The notes under the pieces were generated by a model. The model did not search any database. It worked only from the letters and a program-made list of their open reading frames with translations, and was not told where the DNA came from. Positions 7,859 to 14,595 of a DNA stretch of 20,000 nt are shown here, piece after piece; position 1 is the stretch's first letter; each line of letters begins with the position of its first letter. The position numbers and the translations under genes are program-made. The stretch lies in the IMG/VR virus record IMGVR_UViG_3300029951_000019; one strand, 5' to 3'. Source of the stretch: an uncultured virus (IMG/VR IMGVR_UViG_3300029951_000019) (Duplodnaviria; Heunggongvirae; Uroviricota; Caudoviricetes).

Positions 7859-8425
7859 TCAGTCCGCCGCAGCTCGTGCAGCCCGGCGCTTGCGGGTCTT
7901 CTCGCGTGCGCATGCGCGACAAACACGATGCCCTGCCTTGTTGACGTAGGTGTTGACCTCGTCGAATTCGTGGTCGCGGATGCAGACGTCCTTGGCGGCG
8001 TTCAGCCCAGACACACTGCCAGACCGGTGAGCATTGATCTTCGTGGTCACCGGCTCCAGGTGGTCTGGTCGGACACATCTGCGATGTGGGCACAAGTCGC
8101 CGCCAGGGCACGACCGGTCTCTGCCGTGGCACAGGTGGTCGAGTTCGAGACCTTCAGGAATCAGCCCGACGGCCAACTCGTAGGCAACACGGTGCGCGAC
8201 CTTCGATGGTCTTCCGAATCCGCCATAGCCGTGCGCGTTGACGCCCCCGCCCCAGATCCAGCAGTCGTCCGTCTTCTCTACCTTCGCCCAGAACCGCTGC
8301 TCTTCGGGCAGCCCACTGAGGGCCTCACCCGCATACCTGCGACGCCAGCGCTGATAACAGGGATTGCAGAGACCTCGGGCGTATAAGGCGCGGTAGCAGC
8401 CGTTCAGGCACGCATCAGAACTCAT
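7859..8425 (-). CDS. Free-standing HNH endonuclease (188 aa; alternative start 8455)
   Basis: RFWAKVEKTDDCWIWGG..GYGGF..AHRVAYE..IPEGLELDHLC..RRCVRPDHLEPVT..N, plus N-terminal C..C/GLC..C and C-terminal C..H/CRAC zinc motifs. Confidence 0.9.
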   Translation of the reverse strand: MSSDACLNGCYRALYARGLCNPCYQRWRRRYAGEALSGLPEEQRFWAKVEKTDDCWIWGGGVNAHGYGGFGRPSKVAHRVAYELAVGLIPEGLELDHLCHGRDRSCPGGDLCPHRRCVRPDHLEPVTTKINAHRSGSVSGLNAAKDVCIRDHEFDEVNTYVNKAGHRVCRACAREKTRKRRAARAAAD

Positions 8426-8437
8426 GTCAGAAGCATA
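8426..8437 (-). promoter_or_regulatory. Putative -10 element (TATGCT) for a leaderless HNH transcript
   Basis: The minus strand reads TATGCT-tctgac-ATG: a TANNNT hexamer 6 nt before the start codon, with no obvious SD. Confidence 0.45.
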
Positions 8438-8463
8438 TCGCTTCCGGCTCTCCATCACTTCCG

Positions 8464-8495
8464 AAGCCCCGCCCGGACACCCCGGCGGGGCTTTC
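8464..8495 (+). terminator. Hairpin (terminator-like or 5' stabiliser) upstream of the major capsid gene
   Basis: AAGCCCCGCC (8464-8473) pairs perfectly with GGCGGGGCTT (8484-8493); short T run at the 3' end. Confidence 0.55.
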
Positions 8496-8521
8496 GCATG
8501 CCCACGAAAGACGAGGCACTC

Positions 8522-9880
8522 ATGCCGACCGAACTTGAGGAAGCCCTGACGGCTGCAACTTCCGTCCCGGGCCTCGTGCAAAAGCAGATCGACCCGCTGC
8601 TCCTTGAGTACCAGCGCCGGTTCGCGCCGCTCCTCGCGGCGATCCCGGCCCGCCAGTGGGGCTCCACGCAGTACTTCTTCAACCGGCGCACCCAGCGCCC
8701 GGACGCCGGTGGCGTCGTCGACGGCGGCGCCCGCCCGCTCGGCAACTCGACCTACGAGCAGGCCGTCTTCAACATCAAGCTGTTCCAGGCCGTCGGCGCT
8801 GTGACGGGCTTCGCGCAGACCGTCACCCGCGACCTCGTTGGTGACCTGCGGCAGCTGGAAATCGACGGCACCGTCCAGTCGATGCTGTGGTCCGTCGAGA
8901 ACTCCTTCATCTGGGGCAACGACCCGGCGACCGCCAACGGCCTGTACCCGATCTGCTCCGGCCTGGACTACCTGGTCTCGAACTTCACCAACGGGACCGG
9001 CTCCAACGCCTACACCAACGCGACCGACGGCGCGGGCGCGACCTTCAGCACCAAGATCCTCGACTCGCTGATGGCACAGGTCTCCAGCAACGCGGGTCTG
9101 CCCGTCAACGGCGGCAGCTACATGTTCATCATGTCGCCCGCGATCCTCGGATCCATCTCGCAGCTGCTCAGCACGCAGCAGCGGTTCATGGGCGAGATCG
9201 AGGTCGCCGCCGGTCTGATCGTCCCGACCTACCGCGGCGTCCCGCTGGTCGAGTCCTCGTTCCTCGCGCCCCGCTCCAACCAGATGGGCGCGGTCTCCAC
9301 CGCGACCGCCACCACCGGCGGCACCCTCGCGGCGACCACGTACTACTACCAGGTCAGTGCGGTGATCGCCCGCTTCGGCGAGATCCAGTGCTCCACCGAG
9401 GTCTCCCAGACCACCACTGGCTCCACGTCCACGGTGACGTTGAGCTTCTCCACCCCGACCAACATGCCGGACGGCGCCTCCCCGATCCTGTACAAGGTCT
9501 ACCGGTCCACCACCACCGGCACCGAGTCCCTCGTCGGCGTCGTCGACGCGTTCGACACCACCGGCACTGCCGTGACCAGCATCATCGACACCGGCACCAA
9601 CCTGCAGACCAACAGCTCCGGCAACACCGGCCCGACCCTGTACCAGGGCGGCAACAGTGGGGCGAAGGCGCGCGGCGCGGGCCACGAGGACATCTACCTC
9701 GTGCCGAAGGACCCCAACTTCTTCCTGCGCCCGTACACCCGCGACATGCAGGTCATCCCGCTGGCACCGACCACGACCAGCCCGGACGTCCTCCCGTTCG
9801 CCGTGGTCACCGACACCGTGGCTGCGTTGCGCGCGCCGAAATATGCCGGGCGGTACTCGCGCCTGGTCAGTGCTGTCTGA
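8522..9880 (+). CDS. Major capsid protein (452 aa; SU10-MCP/DUF5309-like HK97 fold) with an inserted Ig/FN3-like domain
   Basis: ATG 8522 with GAGG SD. Motifs include IDPLLLEYQRRFAPLL, IKLFQAVGAVTGFAQ, SFIWGND, GLDYLV, TYRGVPLVESSF. Positioned after the scaffold gene. Confidence 0.88.
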   Translation: MPTELEEALTAATSVPGLVQKQIDPLLLEYQRRFAPLLAAIPARQWGSTQYFFNRRTQRPDAGGVVDGGARPLGNSTYEQAVFNIKLFQAVGAVTGFAQTVTRDLVGDLRQLEIDGTVQSMLWSVENSFIWGNDPATANGLYPICSGLDYLVSNFTNGTGSNAYTNATDGAGATFSTKILDSLMAQVSSNAGLPVNGGSYMFIMSPAILGSISQLLSTQQRFMGEIEVAAGLIVPTYRGVPLVESSFLAPRSNQMGAVSTATATTGGTLAATTYYYQVSAVIARFGEIQCSTEVSQTTTGSTSTVTLSFSTPTNMPDGASPILYKVYRSTTTGTESLVGVVDAFDTTGTAVTSIIDTGTNLQTNSSGNTGPTLYQGGNSGAKARGAGHEDIYLVPKDPNFFLRPYTRDMQVIPLAPTTTSPDVLPFAVVTDTVAALRAPKYAGRYSRLVSAV

Positions 9881-9890
9881 TCCCGCGCCA

Positions 9891-9921
9891 GGCCCCGGCC
9901 GACCAGTCCTCGGCCGGGGCC
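9891..9921 (+). terminator. Perfect 12-bp GC hairpin after the capsid gene
   Basis: GGCCCCGGCCGA (9891-9902) pairs with TCGGCCGGGGCC (9910-9921) around a 7-nt loop; no U tract. Confidence 0.6.
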
Positions 9922-9960
9922 AGCTCATCCCCTGCAACTCCTTGAAGGAGGCGACAGTCC

Positions 9961-10233
9961 ATGTGGCTGCGCAAGAGCCGTGCGCCCGGGTCGGCGCCGG
10001 GCGGCTATAGCTGGACGACCGCCGAGGATGCGGTCGAGGTCCCCTACGATCTCGGTCTGCAGCTCCTCGGTATCCGCGACGCGGGCTTCTCCGAGATCGC
10101 ACCGCCCGAGGTCGCTCCGGAGCCCGAGCCAGACCCGGCCGATGACGACAACAGCGACAACGGCGAGCAGTCCGACACTCCGGCGCCGGCCAGGCGCGTC
10201 GGACGTCCGCGCAAGACGCCCGTCGCAGAGTAG
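9961..10233 (+). CDS. Small hypothetical protein after the capsid gene (90 aa), acidic linker and C-terminal GRPRK
   Basis: Strong AAGGAGG SD; usual position for a small post-capsid gene. Confidence 0.75.
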   Translation: MWLRKSRAPGSAPGGYSWTTAEDAVEVPYDLGLQLLGIRDAGFSEIAPPEVAPEPEPDPADDDNSDNGEQSDTPAPARRVGRPRKTPVAE

Positions 10234-10242
10234 GGGGCGGTC

Positions 10243-10896
10243 GTGGCCGACACCGTAGCGCCGCTGGCCACGCCCGCCCAGTTCTCGGAAGGGCCCTTGG
10301 CGGACCTGGTGCGGGACTACTCCACCGATGCGCTGATGGACCTGCTGATGGAAGCGACCCGCATGCTGGAGGACTACGCCGACCGCAGGCTGGCGCCGTT
10401 CACCGACATGGTTGAGACGCAGCGCGCGGACGCCTTGGACATCGAGGATGCCCTCGACGCGTATGTGCCGTTGGATCCGACGTCGCAGTTGGGGTTCTCG
10501 CGGGCGCAGTCGCTGGGTTCGACGCTGCTGGTGCGGCACTTCTGGTTGCGGGAGTTCCCGCCGCGCACCCCCGAGTACTGGGCCGGGTCGTTGACGAGCG
10601 TGCAGTTGCTGCGTTCGTTCTCGGGCGTCCAGGACGTGGATGTGACGCAGTTGCAGTACGAGCCGGACACCGGGCATGTGCGTTTCCAGCTGGGGACGTT
10701 CGTGCCGCCGGGGACGACGATCGTGTCCACGTACTCGGGCGGCTACTCGACGGTCCCGTCGTCGCTGGTGCGGGCGTGCAAGTTCGCGACGGCGAGCCTG
10801 GCGGTCGCTGAGCTCGATCCGGCGGTGCAGTCGCATGATCCGGATGACCTGTGGTCGCGGGCCACGCAGATTGTCGGCTCGTACGCGAGGGGCTGA
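10243..10896 (+). CDS. Head-tail connector/adaptor protein (217 aa)
   Basis: LATPAQF, LLMEATRMLEDYADRRL, TYSGGYSTVPSSLVRACKFAT are typical of gp6/gp15-like adaptors. Confidence 0.75.
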   Translation: MADTVAPLATPAQFSEGPLADLVRDYSTDALMDLLMEATRMLEDYADRRLAPFTDMVETQRADALDIEDALDAYVPLDPTSQLGFSRAQSLGSTLLVRHFWLREFPPRTPEYWAGSLTSVQLLRSFSGVQDVDVTQLQYEPDTGHVRFQLGTFVPPGTTIVSTYSGGYSTVPSSLVRACKFATASLAVAELDPAVQSHDPDDLWSRATQIVGSYARG

Positions 10897-10898
10897 CC

Positions 10899-11324
10899 GT
10901 GGCGGCGAAGCGCAAGGCGATGTCGGCGGCGACGAAGGCCAAGATTTCGAAGGCCTTGAAGGGCAAGCACCACAAGCACCACGGGCACAGGGAGTCCGCA
11001 GCAACTCGCGCGAAGATCGCTGCGAAGCTCAAGGCCCGCTATGCGGAGCGCAAGAAGGCACGGCTGGCGCGGCTCGCCGCGGCGAAGGCCGCGCGCGCGA
11101 AGGCCAGGGCTGCGAAGACCGCCGCCCGCAAGGCCGCGCGGAAGACCGCCCGGAAGTCGCGTCACCGTGTGCTGCGGGCCGGCCAGCGCTCACCGCTCAC
11201 CGCTGCCCAGCGGCAGAACCGGTCCGAGATGGGCTACCGGCCGAAGCGCCGCGTGGGTTCGCGGGTCGGCAACTCCTCGCCTCGGTCTCGCCGGATCCGG
11301 CGGATTCATCACCACGTGAGGTAG
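10899..11324 (+). CDS. Very basic Lys/Arg/Ala-rich protein (141 aa) with two NUMOD3-like motifs
   Basis: GTG 2 nt after the upstream stop, GAGGGG SD, and it fills the gap to the next gene exactly. 48 K+R versus 3 acidic residues; motifs MSAATKAKISKALKGK and HRESAATRAKIAAKLK. Confidence 0.75.
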   Translation: MAAKRKAMSAATKAKISKALKGKHHKHHGHRESAATRAKIAAKLKARYAERKKARLARLAAAKAARAKARAAKTAARKAARKTARKSRHRVLRAGQRSPLTAAQRQNRSEMGYRPKRRVGSRVGNSSPRSRRIRRIHHHVR

Positions 11325-11327
11325 GGG

Positions 11328-11831
11328 GTGGCGGTGGGTACTGCTGATGCGGTTGTCCGTGAGACCAACTGGTTGACGTCGTACAGCCCGGCCGACGGTT
11401 TGCCTGCGCTGTTGTCGTCGCAGGGTGGTCCGTTCGATGTGGTGCAGGCGTACTGGCCGCGCACTGCGGCGACGCGTCAGATTCAGCTGTATGTGACGCG
11501 GCGGGCGATCTCGGTGGAGCGGTTCGGCTTCAGCCGGAAGATCATCCACTATCCGTTCGTCCTGCGGATCATCTGGCCGCTGTCGTCGCAGTCCGGGTCG
11601 GCCGAGGACGTGCAGCAGGCCATGGACAACGCCGTCGAGCTGGTGCTGCAGCGCGTCAACGGGCCTCTGGTGGTGCCGATCAACAAGACCCACGGCGCAC
11701 GGTTCATGTCCGTCGCCGAGGACCCGTGCGTGATCGGCGTCGACTTCGGTGATCCCGAGCAGGCCATCGGTCAGGGCCAGTTCCGGGCGACGGTCACCTA
11801 CACGGCCGACGACCGGGACTACCTCTCCTAA
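11328..11831 (+). CDS. Putative tail terminator / tail completion protein (167 aa)
   Basis: Size and position just before the tail tube gene; ends in the terminator-like beta strand FRATVTYTADD. Confidence 0.6.
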   Translation: MAVGTADAVVRETNWLTSYSPADGLPALLSSQGGPFDVVQAYWPRTAATRQIQLYVTRRAISVERFGFSRKIIHYPFVLRIIWPLSSQSGSAEDVQQAMDNAVELVLQRVNGPLVVPINKTHGARFMSVAEDPCVIGVDFGDPEQAIGQGQFRATVTYTADDRDYLS

Positions 11832-11855
11832 CTGCTCCCGCCTGCCTTTCTCTTC

Positions 11856-11886
11856 AGCCCCCTGCGGGTCCCGCCGGGGGTTTTTT
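11856..11886 (+). terminator. Intrinsic terminator-like hairpin
   Basis: CCCCCtGCGG/CCGCcGGGGG stem followed by TTTTTT (11881-11886). Confidence 0.65.
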
Positions 11887-11914
11887 CCATGCCGTGACTG
11901 CCCCGGGAGATGCC

Positions 11915-12133
11915 GTGCTGCAGCGCAATACCACCGCCTATCCGTGGACCTGGGCCGGGGATGCGCCGTACGCGGTGCTGCCCGGTGAGACGGCCGACTA
12001 TCCGGTGCTCCTGGCTGGCTGGACGCCGGTCGGGGACGAGGCATCGGCACCTGATTCCGAGGTCGTGAAGACCGCCATCAAGAGCAAGCGGCCTGCCGCT
12101 GCGGACACCCCCGAGGGAGGTGGGCCGCGATGA
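11915..12133 (+). CDS. Small hypothetical protein (72 aa; alternative start 11894)
   Basis: GTG with GGGAG SD; ATGA overlap with the tail tube gene. Confidence 0.65.
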   Translation: MLQRNTTAYPWTWAGDAPYAVLPGETADYPVLLAGWTPVGDEASAPDSEVVKTAIKSKRPAAADTPEGGGPR

Positions 12134-13290
12134 CTCTGCTCGGGCGGTCCGGTTATGTGGGCCTGGCGAAGGAAGTTACGCAGGGGACGTGGGTGACGCC
12201 CTCGTACTTCCTGCCCTGCACGAAGATCGACTTCGAGCCGGTGTTCGACCAGCTCCAGGACCTCAGCTACCGGGGCAACGACTCGAACCTGCAGGGCCTG
12301 TACCAGGGTCCGGGCAGCAGCACTGTCGACCTGGAGTTCCCTGCCTATCCGGATTCGATCGGGTACGCGCTGCGGATCATCGGTCCGGACACGGTCACGG
12401 CCGGGGTCTCCACCACCCTGTCGTCCTCGACGATCGCGGGCGCGACGTCGATCTCGACGGCGGTCACGATCCCGACCGGCTCCACCATCATGATCGACAC
12501 CGGGTTGAAGGTCGAGTACGCCACCACCGGCGTCCCGACCGGCTCCGGGCCCTACACCATCCCGATCACCGCCCCGGCCGCCGGGCTGACGTACGCCCAC
12601 AACTCCTCCGTGGCAGTGGCGACACAGACGACGCACACGTTCAAGCAGTCCGCATCCACCCTGAAGCCCACGTACAGCCTCACCGAGTTCAACTCCTTCG
12701 AGGACTGGGGCTACCCGGGCTGCATGCTCTCCGACGTGTCGATCAAGGTCGATCCGAAGGCGATCTGCACGATCGACGCCAAGTTCACCGGCTGGATCCC
12801 GGCCGTGCAGACCGGCATCACCGCGACATTCAGCGAGCCCGCACCGCTGCTGGGCTGGCAGTTCGCGATGACCAACGCGGGGGCGACCTCGACGCGCGGC
12901 CTGACCTACACCATGGACCTGAAGCGGCCCACGGAGGCGATCCACGCCTCGAATGGCTCCCAGCAGCCGCGCGAGGTCTTCTCGGGCGTCCTGGACGCGG
13001 ACGTCACCTACTCCGCGATCTACGAGAACGACACCGACTACAACCTGTACTTGAGCGCGCTGCAGAACAACCCGACGACGATGACCATGGCGCAGCCCGT
13101 CGGCGCAGGCGTCGACGCGGCGGGCGGTTCGCTGACACTGACGACGAGCCAGCCCGGCTGGTCCAAGGGCAAGCCCGACATCTCCGGGACGTACGCGAAG
13201 GCCGACTTCGCGATCAACGGGATCTACAACACCACCGACGGCGGCAGCGTCCAGGCGATCTTGAAGAACTTCACGACCGCCGCCTACTGA
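12130..13290 (+). CDS. Major tail (tube) protein, siphovirus type (386 aa), with an internal extra domain
   Basis: GYVGLAKEVTQGTWVTP, THTFK, PTYSLTE..YPGCMLSDVSIK, ILKNFTTAAY. Strong GGAGG SD; upstream of the chaperone genes. Confidence 0.85.
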   Translation: MTLLGRSGYVGLAKEVTQGTWVTPSYFLPCTKIDFEPVFDQLQDLSYRGNDSNLQGLYQGPGSSTVDLEFPAYPDSIGYALRIIGPDTVTAGVSTTLSSSTIAGATSISTAVTIPTGSTIMIDTGLKVEYATTGVPTGSGPYTIPITAPAAGLTYAHNSSVAVATQTTHTFKQSASTLKPTYSLTEFNSFEDWGYPGCMLSDVSIKVDPKAICTIDAKFTGWIPAVQTGITATFSEPAPLLGWQFAMTNAGATSTRGLTYTMDLKRPTEAIHASNGSQQPREVFSGVLDADVTYSAIYENDTDYNLYLSALQNNPTTMTMAQPVGAGVDAAGGSLTLTTSQPGWSKGKPDISGTYAKADFAINGIYNTTDGGSVQAILKNFTTAAY

Positions 13291-13297
13291 CGATCAA

Positions 13298-13392
13298 GGG
13301 CTGCCCCGGTGGCAGCCCCTCCAACTCCCCGGTTGCGCGCGTCGGGCGTCGCCGCAACCGGGGCCCAACACCCACGCCCGCAACGCCCCGAC
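13298..13392 (+). promoter_or_regulatory. Structured intergenic RNA: 8-bp hairpin, then an 11-bp hairpin whose loop can pair downstream (pseudoknot candidate)
   Basis: GGGCTGCC/GGCAGCCC stem; CCCCGGTTGCG (13327-13337)/CGCAACCGGGG (13353-13363) stem; loop CGGGCGT is complementary to ACGCCCG (13374-13380). Confidence 0.55.
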
Positions 13393-13404
13393 CAGGAGAC
13401 CCCC

Positions 13405-13836
13405 ATGACCGCCAAGAAGACCCCCGAAACACCCCGGGGCACCGGCTACACCGAGCGCTTCAAGCTCGTCGACTTCTCCCACCTCTCCGCAGGCGGATCC
13501 ATCCTGATCCGCAACCCCAAGCTCCTGCCCCCCGAGAAGATCGAAGCCGTCGTCGCCGCCAGCGAATCCCCCGACCGCGCGGTACAGCGCGCCGCCATGA
13601 CCGAAGTGCTGGTCGAAGTCATCGTCGCGTGGCGCAACATCTACCCCGCCACCGAAGACCTCGCCGACATCGACCTCGACGACGACAGCGACCTCGAAGC
13701 ACTCATGGCGCGCCTGGAATCCCGCGAGCAGGCCCCCCTCGGCAAGCCGTCACTGGAGACCGTCGCACAGCTGCCGCTCGCGATCACGAACCGCTTGGCG
13801 GAGGAGTTCAAGGCCGGCGGGGCAAACCCCACGTAG
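13405..13836 (+). CDS. Tail assembly chaperone (gpG-like, 143 aa)
   Basis: ATG 13405 with AGGAG SD; after the tail tube gene; VIVAWRNI motif; ends GANPT at a slippery site. Confidence 0.8.
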   Translation: MTAKKTPETPRGTGYTERFKLVDFSHLSAGGSILIRNPKLLPPEKIEAVVAASESPDRAVQRAAMTEVLVEVIVAWRNIYPATEDLADIDLDDDSDLEALMARLESREQAPLGKPSLETVAQLPLAITNRLAEEFKAGGANPT

Positions 13837-14087
13837 GCCCCGGTGATCCCTATTTCGAGGACGTGCTGCTCCCGGTGGAGAGCATCCTCGGCGGGACCTG
13901 GGGCCACTCCGAACCTGCGCCCGCGGAGTGGCGCGACTTCGTGCTCATGAAGCGCATGCGCTGGTCGTGGCAGCAGTTGGAGGCCACTCCCTACTATGTG
14001 CGCCGCTACAGCATGGACTTCCTCGGCCTGATCGCGGAGGCCGAGGAGAGGGAGCGCAAGAAGACCGAGAAGAAGTCGCGGAAGTAG
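13824..14087 (+). CDS. -1 frameshift extension of the tail assembly chaperone (gpGT-like)
   Basis: Heptamer A AAC CCC (13824-13830) fits X XXY YYZ. The -1 frame encodes EWRDFVLMKRMRWSWQQLEATP..AEERERKK, with TAG at 14085-14087. Confidence 0.75.
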   Translation, partial: KPHVGPGDPYFEDVLLPVESILGGTWGHSEPAPAEWRDFVLMKRMRWSWQQLEATPYYVRRYSMDFLGLIAEAEERERKKTEKKSRK

Positions 14088-14097
14088 GGGGTGTGCG

Positions 14098-14553
14098 ATG
14101 CCCCTCACCGTTGCGGTCAGCGGGATCAGCGACGCGGTCGCCGCGCTGCGGGCGATGGCTGCGCGCCTGGACACGGCGACCGCGCAGGCCGCCGAAGCAT
14201 CCCGGGACCTGGTCGAGAAGCGTGCCCGCTCCAGCTTGGAGCGCTACTCGCACACGCGCGGCACCAGGACGCCGTCGCCGCGCGGCCAGCCGCCCGCGAA
14301 GATCGACGGCACGCTGCAGAACTCCTGGACGCACACCATGCCCACCCCCGACGGCATCGGCGGCTGGGTGTGCACCCTGTCCAGCGGCCTGGTCTACTCC
14401 CGCATCCAGGAGCTGGGCGGCTGGGCGGGGCGCGGCCACCGCTCGCACCTGCCGCCGCGCCCGTACCTCAAACCGGCCGCCATGGACACCGTGGCCTCCG
14501 GTGACCTGAGGGACACGTTCGCCCGCTTCTGGGCCGAGGCCATCTCAGCCTGA
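14098..14553 (+). CDS. HK97 gp10-like virion morphogenesis/tail protein (151 aa)
   Basis: SPRGQPPAKIDGTLQNS, VYSRIQELGG, LPPRPYLKPA. Confidence 0.8.
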   Translation: MPLTVAVSGISDAVAALRAMAARLDTATAQAAEASRDLVEKRARSSLERYSHTRGTRTPSPRGQPPAKIDGTLQNSWTHTMPTPDGIGGWVCTLSSGLVYSRIQELGGWAGRGHRSHLPPRPYLKPAAMDTVASGDLRDTFARFWAEAISA

Positions 14554-14595
14554 CCCGCCCGCCTCCTGCTTGAACCGACCGGGCGGGGGTGCGCG

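Noticed and set aside
7859..10102. 747-aa minus-strand ORF, a possible large HNH fusion
   Set aside because: Only the last ~190-200 codons are HNH. The rest is the antisense shadow of the GC3-biased capsid gene and crosses an intergenic hairpin.
12120..13823. 655-aa + strand ORF overlapping the tail tube and chaperone genes
   Set aside because: Arg/His/Pro-rich off-frame shadow; only its 3' end (13824-14087) is credible, as the frameshift extension.
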